Source: Lentisphaerota bacterium (GTDB taxonomy: Bacteria > Verrucomicrobiota > Kiritimatiellia > UBA8416 > JAIOPI01). Taken from it: 64,000 nucleotides of DNA. Below are positions 1 to 9,406 of this stretch, one piece after another. Location of the stretch: assembly GCA_021413965.1 (NCBI GenBank), contig JAIOPI010000021.1:220671-284670 (forward strand). Reading direction: 5' to 3'. The notes below the pieces were generated by a model. That model ran no database searches. It worked only from the letters and a program-made list of their open reading frames with translations, and was not told the DNA's origin. The position numbers and the translations under genes were made by a program. Position 1 is the stretch's first letter. The number at the start of each line of letters is the position of its first letter.

Positions 1-1498
1 GCATGTTGGATTGGATCATGTCGACCGAGCAATTGATGACCGCCAGCGGCTGACACAATTCCTGCACGACTTCCGCCAGCAGTTCGAGCAGCTTGCGGCG
101 GGAAAATTTCAGGCCGATGCCCTGCCGTCGCGCCGCTTCATCCGCCTCCTCAGCCGCCTGCCGGTCGGCCTGGATATCCGCCGTCACACGCTTGATCTTC
201 TGCGCGGTGTGCTCCACCAGGACCCCGACCTGGGTCTGCACTTCGGTGAGCACGCGATCGAGCTGCCCCTGGCGGTTGCCGTCCGGCTGCTTCGTCAGCT
301 CGCCGGCGGCGCGCTCCATGCGGTCCAGCAGCGGCCCCAGGTGCGCCGCCGCCACGGCGGGATCGCCGGACTGTGCCAGCAGGGCCCCCCATCGATCAGG
401 CGCGACGCCTTCCTCCAGGAGTCGCTCTCCCAGCCCGGATTCCGCGGGCGCCTCACCGCCGTGGGCCTTCATGTAACGCAGCAGGCGCTTCTCCGTCTGT
501 TCCATGGCCTTCAGGCGCTTGGCATATTCCGCCGCGAGCGCATCGATCTGCAGGTCGTCTTCCAGGTCGGCCACCACGGCACGCACGGCGGCCACGTTCT
601 TGGCCGGATCGTAGCCGGTCACGCGGTCGAGCAGCCCGAGCAGAGACTCCTCCAACTCGCGCAACTGTTTCTGAATCTGCTTTCGCCCACGCTGGGTCTC
701 CAGGGCGTCGCCTTGCGTCAGCGCCTCGAACACCTTGCGCACACAGGCCACCAGTTCGCCCGCAAGGCTGCCATCGGGCGCCACCCGCAGGCGGGCGGCC
801 TCCACAATCAGCTCCGCCATGCGCGGGGCATCACCGGCCACGGCCCGCACGGCGTCCGCCGCCGGCGCCGGCGCCGGCGCGGCCGACGGCGCCTGCAGCA
901 GGGCCAGCGCCTCCGCCTCGCGGGCCGCGCGCGCCGCGCTCTCGACGGAGCTCGCGCCTTGCTGGGCCGCTTCCACGTCCTTGCGCTGCAGCACGACCTC
1001 GTCGTCGGCGACCTCGCGATACACGATCGTCTTGGAGGACACATGGCCCGCGCCGCGCCCGGCCAGCGCGGAGGCAAACCCGCCCGCCTGGAGCAGGACC
1101 TCGGGCTCCTGCGTCAGCAGATGGACGGCGGCGGCCAGCTCCTCCACCGTAATCCCCCGGCGCAGCACAAAGTTGCCCACATCCAGCGCCGTCATCTGCT
1201 CGATCAACGTGGTGATGTACCGCTCCTCTTCCTTCGGCGGCACGCCGTTGACGGTCAGGGCATCCCCGACAAGCCGGAAGACCAGCTCGTTGCCGCGCGT
1301 CAGGCAGCCCGACACCAACGCGTAGAAGGACACCAGCGTCTCGCGTTCATCGGTCGACGAAAACCAGTGGTGGTTCAGCGTGTTGTGCACGAGCAGCCCC
1401 AACCCTCGGGCGAGCTCGTGGGCCTCGGGCAGAAGCGACGGCGATGGCGCTGTTGACACGTCTGACATGACGGCGGGAATCGTACCCTGTGGGGCCAT
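1..1498 (-). CDS. Signal-transduction protein, sensor histidine-kinase-like (N-terminal ~500 aa; C-terminus beyond left edge)
   Basis: My reverse-complement translation of 1-120 and 1340-1498 gives a clean protein (MAPQGTIPAVMSDVSTAPSPSLLPEAHELARGLGLLVHNTLNHHWFSSTDERE ... GIGLKFSRRKLLELLAEVVQELCQPLAVINCSVDMIQSNM) in the frame antisense to track ORF 11..1456. The HisKA-like box sits at the window edge with Q where the phospho-His is expected. ATG candidates are 1498 and 1468. The gene is not in the ORF track because its stop is off-window. Confidence 0.5.
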   Translation of the reverse strand, partial: MAPQGTIPAVMSDVSTAPSPSLLPEAHELARGLGLLVHNTLNHHWFSSTDERETLVSFYALVSGCLTRGNELVFRLVGDALTVNGVPPKEEERYITTLIEQMTALDVGNFVLRRGITVEELAAAVHLLTQEPEVLLQAGGFASALAGRGAGHVSSKTIVYREVADDEVVLQRKDVEAAQQGASSVESAARAAREAEALALLQAPSAAPAPAPAADAVRAVAGDAPRMAELIVEAARLRVAPDGSLAGELVACVRKVFEALTQGDALETQRGRKQIQKQLRELEESLLGLLDRVTGYDPAKNVAAVRAVVADLEDDLQIDALAAEYAKRLKAMEQTEKRLLRYMKAHGGEAPAESGLGERLLEEGVAPDRWGALLAQSGDPAVAAAHLGPLLDRMERAAGELTKQPDGNRQGQLDRVLTEVQTQVGVLVEHTAQKIKRVTADIQADRQAAEEADEAARRQGIGLKFSRRKLLELLAEVVQELCQPLAVINCSVDMIQSNM

Positions 1499-1580
1499 GA
1501 AGATCAACGCCAGGGCGTCGGTTCCTTTTCCCTTGAGGTGCCGCAGAGGGGTCCCTATGGTGTCGCGCGGGAGGACGATC

Positions 1581-2366
1581 ATGGCGAAAATCTATTATGT
1601 TGGGGACTGGGCAATCATGCTTGGACCCATGTTTGCGGAAACCCCCTTCAACTACGCGTGGAAGGGCACGGACTTCATCAATTACGGAAAATTCCTGAAG
1701 GCCGCGCTGGAATCCACGGGCGAGCACCAGGTGGACAGCGTGGCGACCTGGGATTTCTACCGCAACCCGCCCGGCCGGCTGGAGCAGATCTTCAACGAGT
1801 ACGACGTTATTATCTTCTCGGACACCGAGGCCAAGAACTTCCAGCTCGACCCATCTTTCTTCGATCGCAACAAGTTCGGCAAGGAGCCGCTGACCTTCCC
1901 GGACCGCGTGCGGCTGACGGTGGAAGCCGTGAAGCGCGGCAAGCACATGATCTTCGTGGGCGGCTGGCTGAGCTTCAACGGCGAGTGCGGCAAGGGCGGC
2001 TGGGGCCGGACGCTGCTGCGCGAGATCCTGCCGGTGGAGTGCCTGACCGTGGAGGACCTGCGCGAGAACACGGAAGGTTTCCGCATGCGGACGCGCGGCC
2101 CGAAACACCCGATCTTCAAGGGCATCGACCTCGCCAGTGCCCCGCCGATCCTGGGCTACAACATCGTCAAGCCGCGCAAGGGCTGCCCGGTGCTGGCCAC
2201 GTGGCAGCCGGACGGCGATCCCGCCGTGGCGGTGGGTAAGTTCGGCAAGGGCCGCGTGCTGGCCTACACCTCCGACCCCGCCCCCCACTGGGGCTGCAAC
2301 TTCATCTCGTGGGATCAATACAATCGCTTCTGGTCCAACGCGCTGAACTGGCTGATCAAGGGGTAG
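1581..2366 (+). CDS. ThuA-like / class-I glutamine amidotransferase-like domain protein
   Basis: The real start is MAKIYYVGDW (M68 of ORF 1380..2366), preceded by GGAGGacgatc. Residues FVGGWLSFNGECGKGGWG and VLAYTSDPAPHW are typical of the ThuA/GATase1-like fold. GC3 is high. Confidence 0.7.
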   Translation: MAKIYYVGDWAIMLGPMFAETPFNYAWKGTDFINYGKFLKAALESTGEHQVDSVATWDFYRNPPGRLEQIFNEYDVIIFSDTEAKNFQLDPSFFDRNKFGKEPLTFPDRVRLTVEAVKRGKHMIFVGGWLSFNGECGKGGWGRTLLREILPVECLTVEDLRENTEGFRMRTRGPKHPIFKGIDLASAPPILGYNIVKPRKGCPVLATWQPDGDPAVAVGKFGKGRVLAYTSDPAPHWGCNFISWDQYNRFWSNALNWLIKG

Positions 2367-2524
2367 CCCTGGCCCACCCCGCCCGGTGGGTACTGAGGGA
2401 TCAGGCCTCGCCACCCTCAATTCCAACGCGTCCCGCGTTGTCCATGCGAGCAAATGGATCGGGCGAGCGCCGGCGGGTGGTTTCGCATTGCCAGCGCAAG
2501 GGTCCATTGGCACAGTGCCGCTCC

Positions 2525-3157
2525 ATGGACCCGCTCCCCATCTATGTGGATTTCGACGATGTGCTCTGCGAGACGGCGCGCGCGCTGACCGGGCTGCTCG
2601 AGCGCGAGTTCGGGCGGCGCGTCGCGTTCGAGGACATCCACCACTTCAACCTCGGGAAGTCGTTTGCGCTGGACGACGCCGAGCTGCAGCACCTGATGGA
2701 GCTGGCGCACGAGCCGGATTTTCTCGGCGTGCTCGAGCCCATCCCCGGGGCGATTGACGGCCTGCGCCGGTGGGCGGAGGCGGGGCACGCCGTGCACATC
2801 GTCACGGGGCGCCCGGCGTCCACGCACGCGATCTGCGACGCCTGGCTGCGCCGCTTCGAGGTGCCCCACGCCCGCGTGATCTTCGTGAACAAGTACGGCC
2901 GCGATCTGCTGCCCGGCGGCAGCGTGCGCGCCATTTCGCTGGATGAACTCGCCGGGCTGCGCTTTGCGCTGGCCGTCGAGGATGCGCCCAAGGCCATCCG
3001 CTTCCTGCTGGAGCGCACCCCGACGCCCGTGGCCGTCATGGATCGCCCGTGGAACCTGCGCGAGCCCTTCGACGACCGCCGTGGCCAGCTCCACCGCTGC
3101 CGGGATTGGGCCCACATCCTGGAGCAGTTCCCCTTGTCCCGGCCGGCCACGGCGTGA
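2525..3157 (+). CDS. HAD-superfamily 5'(3')-deoxyribonucleotidase-like hydrolase
   Basis: MDPLPIYVDFDDVLCETARAL carries the DxD HAD motif I; VHIVTGRP is motif II. The start was set by residue index (M73 of ORF 2309). Confidence 0.75.
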   Translation: MDPLPIYVDFDDVLCETARALTGLLEREFGRRVAFEDIHHFNLGKSFALDDAELQHLMELAHEPDFLGVLEPIPGAIDGLRRWAEAGHAVHIVTGRPASTHAICDAWLRRFEVPHARVIFVNKYGRDLLPGGSVRAISLDELAGLRFALAVEDAPKAIRFLLERTPTPVAVMDRPWNLREPFDDRRGQLHRCRDWAHILEQFPLSRPATA

Positions 3158-3180
3158 GCAGGTGGAGGGAGCGGGTGCCC

Positions 3181-3364
3181 GCGAATGTGGTGGGCGTTTG
3201 GTGCGCAACTGGGACGGCCATTTCACCTCATCCTCTGCGTTCTCGCCGGCGGTGCGTACCCGGAGTACAGCACCGCCGGCGACGCCTTGAGGCTGGGGCA
3301 AACTGGCCATCCCATTTGCGCATCGCGCCTGCGGCGCGAAGCCAAACGCCCACCACGTTTGCCC
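3181..3364. repeat. Nested-palindrome element A (~185 bp, MITE/REP-like) with terminal motif GAATGTGGTGGGCGTTTGG
   Basis: Left end gcgaatgtggtgggcgtttggtgcg (3181-3205) is inverted at ccaaacgcccaccacgtttgcc (3341-3364). Inner inverted repeats are ttgcgcaactgggacggccat and ggccatcccatttgcgca. Confidence 0.7.
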
Positions 3365-3642
3365 TCGCTTTGCACCCCGCCGGCGGAGCGGGGTGCTGGC
3401 GAGTTCGGACTGGGGACGCCGCTTAAATGGACACATCGTCACCACCGATGATGCCTTCCGCCTACGCGCAGACGCTACGGCGGATCTGTGAGGCTGGCTT
3501 GCCCGCCGTAGCCGATGGCGAAGGCGGGGGCAAACGGGCCGTTCGCGAGTCCAGATTTGGGCAATGAGCTTGTCGTCAGCCCATCAGTTTCTCCGCTCCG
3601 AACTCGCCGTCGCCCCGTCTGCCACGGGGCGACTGGCGAGGG

Positions 3643-3827
3643 CAAACGTGGTGGGCGTTTGGGTGCCCGCCCGCCGCGGGCGGGATGCGCATCGGGTGCG
3701 GCAAGCTTGCCGGAGCGCAAGGCGCGGGAGGCGGCGCCATACTCTTGGGTATGCGCCGCCTCTCGCAACGCCGCGATCTGGCAAGATCGCCGCACCCGAT
3801 GCGCACCAAACGCCCACCACATTCGCG
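3643..3827. repeat. Nested-palindrome element B (~185 bp), tandem to A with swapped ends
   Basis: Left caaacgtggtgggcgtttgg is inverted at ccaaacgcccaccacattcgcg. The inner 25-bp inverted repeat is gcgcatcgggtgcggcaagcttgcc / ggcaagatcgccgcacccgatgcgc. Confidence 0.7.
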
Positions 3828-3908
3828 TCAACCCGCCACCATCGCCTCGCGCGCGAGCCGCGCGGTTCCGGCTTGCACCGCGTCGGCGCGGGCGTGGTAG
3901 TGTGGGGC

Positions 3909-4844
3909 ATGTCACGTCGCTATGCCATCGTGGGGTGCGGGGCCGTTGGCGGCTACTACGGCGCCTGCCTCCAACGCGCCGGCGCCGAGGTGCACTACCT
4001 GCTGCACCGCGATTATGACCATGTGCGCGCGCACGGCCTGCGTATCGACTCCAAATTCGGCAACTTCGTCCTGCCGCGCGTTCATGCCGCGCAGCGGCCG
4101 GACCAGGTCCCACCTTGCGACGTGGTGCTGGTGGGGTTGAAGACCACCGCCAACCACGTGCTGCCGGAGATCCTGCCGCGGCTGCTGGCGCCGGGCGGGG
4201 TGGTACTCCTGCTGCAGAATGGGCTGGGGGAAGAGGACGCGCTGGCACGCATCCCCGGGGTCGGGACCATCGTCAGCGGACTGTGTTTCCTGTGCGCAAA
4301 CAAGGTGGGGCCCGGTCACGTCCTGCACCTCGACTATGGCGCCATCATGCTCGGCGAATATCGGGCCGATGGACGCCCGGCCGGCGTCACGCCCGCCATG
4401 CAGGCGATCGCCGCCGATTTCAAGCCCACGGGCATCCCCATCGAATTGCTGGAGGACTTGCTGGGCGCACGCTGGAAGAAACTCGTGTGGAACATTCCCT
4501 TCAATGGCTTGTCGGTGCTGCTGAACACGGACACGCGGCGCCTCATGGACGATCCGGGCCTGCGTCCGGTTATCCGCGGCCTGATGGAGGAGGTCGTGGC
4601 CGCCTCCGCCGCCACGGGGCACGCGGTCCCGGCGGGATTCATCGACAAGATGGTGGCGCAGACGGAAGCGATGGCGGCCTACTTGCCCAGCATGAAACTC
4701 GACTACGACGCCGGGCGCCTGCTCGAACTGAGCAGCATGTACGAGGCGCCCCTGCGACAGGCCAGCGCCGCTGGCGCCACCATGCCCCTGACCGAAGCGC
4801 TGTGGCGGGAGTTGGGGTTCATGGAAAACTCCAAGGGGCGGTGA
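3909..4844 (+). CDS. panE: 2-dehydropantoate 2-reductase (ketopantoate reductase)
   Basis: MSRRYAIVGCGAVGGYYGACL is a Rossmann GxGxxG; the LVGLKTTAN region and the C-terminal ApbA domain follow. The start is M116 of ORF 3564; the upstream part of that ORF is a translation of the repeats. Confidence 0.9.
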   Translation: MSRRYAIVGCGAVGGYYGACLQRAGAEVHYLLHRDYDHVRAHGLRIDSKFGNFVLPRVHAAQRPDQVPPCDVVLVGLKTTANHVLPEILPRLLAPGGVVLLLQNGLGEEDALARIPGVGTIVSGLCFLCANKVGPGHVLHLDYGAIMLGEYRADGRPAGVTPAMQAIAADFKPTGIPIELLEDLLGARWKKLVWNIPFNGLSVLLNTDTRRLMDDPGLRPVIRGLMEEVVAASAATGHAVPAGFIDKMVAQTEAMAAYLPSMKLDYDAGRLLELSSMYEAPLRQASAAGATMPLTEALWRELGFMENSKGR

Positions 4845-5104
4845 CGAGCGCGTCCGGCTGTTGCGGCGGAAGTTTGCCTACGGATCACCCAGCGCAGCGC
4901 CACCGCAACCAAAGCAGGTGGAATCTGGAACTCAGGAAATCAGGAGCGGCAGTCGTGCCCGATCCTTCTTGAGTTCCTGAGTTCCTGATAGTCTTCTCAG
5001 GAAAGCGCGATATTGGCGGATTGTCGTACAGGGTGACACGGATGGGGAGATGAGATGGGAACCGTTACGCGACTTGCCATGCGGTGCGCCGCAGGAGACT
5101 TCGA

Positions 5105-6064
5105 ATGAACTATGTGCAGCTCGGCAAGACCGACCTGATGGTTTCGCGCATTTGTTTTGGCTGCTGGCAGCTGTCACCCCGCTTCTGGGGCGACGTGCCG
5201 CTCAAGCCTTGGGAGGCGGCGTTGAGCGTGGCGCTCGAGCGGGGCGTCAACTTCATCGATACGGCGGATGCGTATGGCGAGGGCTATGCCGAGGAGTGTC
5301 TCGGGAATTACATGCACGCGCAGGGAGTCCGTGATCGCCTCGTCCTGGCGACCAAGTTCTACTGGCACTACACGGATGACGGCGGGCGGTATCCCGATAC
5401 GGCGCACGACCGCGTCCTGCAGGCATGCGAGGCATCGCTGCGGAGATTGCGCACGGATCGCATCGATCTGTACCAGGTGCACGCATTCGATCCGCTGACG
5501 CGACCGGAGGAGGTGGGGGCCGCCCTGCGCAGGCTGAAGCAGGAGGGCAAAGTGCGGTGGTGTGGCGTCAGCAACCTCAACGCCGAACAGATGCGGATGT
5601 ACCAGGCGCATGTTCCCATCGAGTGCCTGCAACCGCTCTACAACCTGATCGACCGCGACGTGGAGTGCGCCGAGTTGCCGTACTGCCAGGCCAACCGTGT
5701 CGGCGTGATTCCGTACTCCCCGTTGCACCGTGGGTTGCTGACGGGCAAATACCGGCCGGACACGGTGTTCACGGATAATCGCAACGAGTTGCCACTGTAT
5801 CATGGCCGCGCGTTTCAGCGCATGCTGGCGGCTATGGACGAGCTGCGGCCTGTGGCCGCAGACCTGGGACTGACGCTGCCGCAGTTGGCGGTGCGCTGGG
5901 TGTTGACGCATCCCGCCGTGACGGCCGCGATCGCCGGCGTGAAGACGCGCGAGCACATTGAAACCATCCTGCCTGCGGCGGAGGCCAACCTGCCCGCGGT
6001 GGTGTGGCACCAGGTGGCCGGCATCATCGCCAATGCGAAGGCCGAAGCGCTAAGACTGTTGTAA
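5105..6064 (+). CDS. Aldo/keto reductase family oxidoreductase
   Basis: MNYVQLGKTDLMVSRICFGCWQL ... IDTADAYGEGYAEE ... IDLYQVHAFDP are classic AKR motifs. Confidence 0.9.
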   Translation: MNYVQLGKTDLMVSRICFGCWQLSPRFWGDVPLKPWEAALSVALERGVNFIDTADAYGEGYAEECLGNYMHAQGVRDRLVLATKFYWHYTDDGGRYPDTAHDRVLQACEASLRRLRTDRIDLYQVHAFDPLTRPEEVGAALRRLKQEGKVRWCGVSNLNAEQMRMYQAHVPIECLQPLYNLIDRDVECAELPYCQANRVGVIPYSPLHRGLLTGKYRPDTVFTDNRNELPLYHGRAFQRMLAAMDELRPVAADLGLTLPQLAVRWVLTHPAVTAAIAGVKTREHIETILPAAEANLPAVVWHQVAGIIANAKAEALRLL

Positions 6065-6271
6065 CAATTTCGGGCTGGATGGTGGCGGTCAAGTCGTACG
6101 TCTCGAACGGCTCACTCGCCAATGTGCAGGCGAGTCGCCAGCCAAGCCCTTCCCCCGCTACAGCCCGATTTCCCCCCCTGAAAACAGCCTCCAAGGCCAA
6201 AAAACAGGTCGCAAAACAGCGCAACTCGTTCTGTACGAGATGGTTCTGTATGGCTTCCGTCGAGTGTGGAG

Positions 6272-7897
6272 CTATGGCGCTTCGACGGCAACGCGGAAAT
6301 AGGAGGCGGTCGCGGCGGTCTGGGCGGTGTAGATGTTCACCGGTGGCGTGGCGGCGAGGTTGGTGGCCAGGGCCGCAAAGGCATCGAACAGGTTGGTGCC
6401 ATGCCGCACGGCGTATTGCCGTCCATCGACGCTGGCCCAGTGCACCACCGGCGCGCCCTCGGGTGAAACATCCGTGGCCGTCAACGCCAGGCGGCTGACG
6501 GGATTCGTGGCGTCGGTCCCCGCCACCGCTTCATCCGCATCGCGGACGGTGTCGCCGTCGCTGTCGACCAGCGCATGCACATACTCGTAGGCGCCAATAT
6601 CCCATGCGTTGGTGCCGTCGGCATTGCCGTCGAGCGGGCGCGCGACGCCGAGGAGATCGCGGGGCGCCTCGGGGCGGTCAAGGCCGCGATCAACGGCGGC
6701 ACTGCCCGGCAGCAGGTGCAGATCGCTGAAGGGATCCATCACGAGCGACGCCGGCGCGGCGACAAAGGAGTGCAGGTCGTAGCCGTGCGTGCGCCAACTG
6801 GTGAGATTGATCACGTTGCCGCCGTCGTTGATCGAGAACCGGCCGATGACGGTGTTGTAGTCGGAGACAAAGCCTTCCAGATTCGCGACGGGAATCGTGA
6901 TGCTGCCGCGGAAGGAGTGGAAGCAGTAGGTCAGGTTGTTGAACACCCGGTTGCTCACGCAGCCCGTGCTGGCGAGATTGATCGCCCAGCCGCCATTGTT
7001 GGCGCCCATGATGATCGTGTTGTTCACGATCCAGTTCAGGCGCGAGGCGATCGCGGCATTGCCCTTGAACAGCGCGATACCGCTGTTGTTGGTCGAGTTG
7101 TAGATGAGGTTGTTGCGGACGATCGTGCGCTCGACGCCGTCCATGTTGATGCCCGCACCGCCCTGGCCATTGGAGAAGATGACGTTGTTCTCCACGATTC
7201 CGTCGGAGATCGCGCCGTCCCAAACCCAGGGGGAGCCGGTCGGCGGGGCCACGCTGATGTCCGCGTTCATGTGCAGCCCGGCGTTGCGGTTGTGGTGGAG
7301 GGTGTTGCCCCGGATCACGAAGCGGTCGCTGCTGTTGTTGTAGTAGATGCCGTGTTCTCGGTTGTCGCTGCAGGTGTTGCCTTCGATCAGTGCGTCGTAG
7401 GAGAACGCGGTAAAAATTCCGGTCGAGGCGCTGTTGGACACGGTGTTACCGCGGACGACGAGGAACTGGGTCGAGCGGGCGTCGATGCCGTAGCGCCCGG
7501 AGTTCACGACGCGCAGCCCTTCAATGGTCCAGTGGCGCACCACATACGGGGCGCTGTAGGTTTCCAGTTCCAGGACGCTCTGATGCACGGCCGCCGCGCT
7601 CGAGGCGTTGAGCGTGGCTGTTCCTGGCGTTGCAGGGCGCAGGGTGATCGGAGCCTCGGAGGAGCCGGAGCGCTCGATGCGGGCGCCGGCATACGCACCG
7701 GGGAGCAGGAGGATCGTGTCACCGGGCGCCACGCTGTTGACCGCCTTCTGCACCGTGCGGAAGGCGGCGACTTCTGACAGCCCGTTGCTGGCGTCGCTGC
7801 CGGTGGTGGCCACGTAGTACGTGCCGGCTTCCGCTCCCGCCGTGCACAACGCGAACGAGGCCATGACCGCGCGGCACGCCATGCGGGCGCCGCTCAT
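6272..7897 (-). CDS. Secreted right-handed parallel beta-helix repeat protein (pectate-lyase fold)
   Basis: Signal peptide MSGARMACRAVMASFALCTAGAEA; repeated NxxIxxN/GxxI beta-helix rungs (IRGNTLHHNRNAGLHM, VENNVIFSNGQGGAGIN). The start ATGA overlaps the stop of the upstream HAD gene. Confidence 0.8.
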   Translation of the reverse strand: MSGARMACRAVMASFALCTAGAEAGTYYVATTGSDASNGLSEVAAFRTVQKAVNSVAPGDTILLLPGAYAGARIERSGSSEAPITLRPATPGTATLNASSAAAVHQSVLELETYSAPYVVRHWTIEGLRVVNSGRYGIDARSTQFLVVRGNTVSNSASTGIFTAFSYDALIEGNTCSDNREHGIYYNNSSDRFVIRGNTLHHNRNAGLHMNADISVAPPTGSPWVWDGAISDGIVENNVIFSNGQGGAGINMDGVERTIVRNNLIYNSTNNSGIALFKGNAAIASRLNWIVNNTIIMGANNGGWAINLASTGCVSNRVFNNLTYCFHSFRGSITIPVANLEGFVSDYNTVIGRFSINDGGNVINLTSWRTHGYDLHSFVAAPASLVMDPFSDLHLLPGSAAVDRGLDRPEAPRDLLGVARPLDGNADGTNAWDIGAYEYVHALVDSDGDTVRDADEAVAGTDATNPVSRLALTATDVSPEGAPVVHWASVDGRQYAVRHGTNLFDAFAALATNLAATPPVNIYTAQTAATASYFRVAVEAP

Positions 7898-8808
7898 GCG
7901 TTGCCCAGGTCCAGGGTGAGTTGCCCCTGCACGACGACCTTGCGGCCGGTGGGCACATCGGGATCGGCCGTGTAGTACACCACGAACTTGACCGACGGGA
8001 ACTGCCGGGCCAGCTCGGCGCGGATGTATTCCTCCACCGCGCGCGCGTTGCCGACATCATCGTCGGAGAAGCCGACGCTGATGGGGCGTGTCAGGCCGCG
8101 CTGGTGGGAAATGCGAATCACGTGCTCCACGAAATCCTGTATGGCGAACTGCTTGCCTTCCTCCGTGCGCACGGCGGCCGCCCCGCGCTTGCCGACCATC
8201 AGCTGCTTGAACTGCGGCGACATGACGCCGTGGTATTTGTTGTGATCGAGGTAGTAGGCAATGACTTCGGCATCCGTGCCGGGATGGGCTTCCGGGGCGA
8301 AGCTGAGCATGTAGCCGCGCAGGTTGCTCAGCATCTGGTTCTTCTCGTCGTCGGTGAGGACGCGCTCGATGAAATACTCGACGGCGGCCCGAATGATGTC
8401 GGGATTGTGACCGCGCGCGGTGACGATGGCGAAGAGCCGGCCTTCGATCAGCGTCAGCTTGAAGCGCTGGAAACTGGGGGCCAGGCTGGTCTCGCCGTGC
8501 ATGACGCGGTCGATGGCTGTCTTGGTGTCGCGCAGGAAGACGTTCTGGTCCTCGTCGTCGAAATCGCGGAATTCAAGGAACGCGTTTTCCCAGTCGCCAC
8601 CGGGCGGGCGGTAATTCCGGGTGTCGTTGCGAATGACGCTGAACACGGCCGTGGACACGGCGTGGGGCACCCAGCGGCCATCCTCCGTCCGCTTTTCGAG
8701 GTGGATGTGCGTGGGCATGTGCAGGATGTTGTCATCCCAGTCGAAGATGTAATACTTCAGGTCGCGCTCGGCGACCGAGTAGTTGACGTGATGCGACAAT
8801 GTGACCAT
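7894..8808 (-). CDS. HAD-family 5'-nucleotidase-like hydrolase
   Basis: MVTLSHHVNYSVAERDLKYYIFDWDDNILHMPTH; DWDDN is the HAD DxD nucleophile motif. The start was set by residue index (M46). A 4-bp ATGA overlap couples it to the beta-helix gene. Confidence 0.75.
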   Translation of the reverse strand: MVTLSHHVNYSVAERDLKYYIFDWDDNILHMPTHIHLEKRTEDGRWVPHAVSTAVFSVIRNDTRNYRPPGGDWENAFLEFRDFDDEDQNVFLRDTKTAIDRVMHGETSLAPSFQRFKLTLIEGRLFAIVTARGHNPDIIRAAVEYFIERVLTDDEKNQMLSNLRGYMLSFAPEAHPGTDAEVIAYYLDHNKYHGVMSPQFKQLMVGKRGAAAVRTEEGKQFAIQDFVEHVIRISHQRGLTRPISVGFSDDDVGNARAVEEYIRAELARQFPSVKFVVYYTADPDVPTGRKVVVQGQLTLDLGNA

Positions 8809-8909
8809 GGAAACCCCGTGTGCAGACGCGGTAGTATAGGCGATCGGGGGATGGAGTGCAATGGGGGGGGCAAACAGGACTATCCCCAGTTTTCCACTTG
8901 CTGGTGAAA

Positions 8910-9077
8910 GCGTTGTGCGTTTGGTGCGAATGTGGCGCGCCATTTTGCCGCATCCGCGTCGTTGCTTGGAACGGCGCGGATGCAGGTCCAGCGCCGTTCC
9001 AGACGCCTAGCGGCTGCAGCAAACTGACACGCCACATTCGCATCCCCGCTGCGCGGGGCGGGCCAAACGCACAACGC
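8910..9077. repeat. Nested-palindrome element C (permuted relative of A/B)
   Basis: gcgttgtgcgtttggtgcgaatgtggcg is inverted at cgccacattcgc ... ccaaacgcacaacgc, with a 21-bp hairpin insertion (atccccgctgcgcggggcggg) and inner inverted repeats gcatccgcg / cgcggatgc. It lies just upstream of the HAD gene. Confidence 0.65.
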
Positions 9078-9406
9078 GTTGCCATCGCCCTCGCGGACTC
9101 GGGCGATTTCAGATGCGGAAAGGCACAACATCTTCTCAAACATGAACTTGGCAAGAATTCATCATGAAAACCGGGGATAGTTCTGGGGGGCGAAGGCGAA
9201 AATCCTCGCCCATGAAACCGCGAATCCGCTCAAACGTGCGTCATATTTAGCGTGGGCGCGGCTCGGCGGGACGCCTCGCCCCACCTCGGAGGCCACAGAG
9301 CGTCTCGATATCAGCAGGTGGGGCGAACGCGGTGGTCTCGTTCGGCCACAGGCGATGGGTTGATAGGGGAACAGCCCTTACGGGCTTAACTACAAGCGTT
9401 GGACAT

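Noticed and set aside
11-1456. 481-aa plus-strand ORF, plus ORFs 93..476, 373..1152 and 735..1325
   Set aside because: Arg/Gln/His/Pro-rich low-complexity translations, in the same codon register as and antisense to the well-formed minus-strand sensor-kinase-like gene.
1347-2513. 388-aa minus-strand ORF
   Set aside because: A shadow frame antisense to the ThuA-like gene. It has no motifs and a biased R/A/G/P composition.
3185-3900. Multiple 60-125 aa ORFs with recurring peptides ANVVGVW / KRPPHS
   Set aside because: They are translations of the MITE-like repeat units on both strands; the region has no SD-led start and no coding GC3 pattern.
3158-3908. RNase P RNA, tmRNA or 6S RNA in the long HAD-panE intergenic region
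   Set aside because: No conserved motifs of those RNAs are recognisable; the region is explained by repeat elements A and B.
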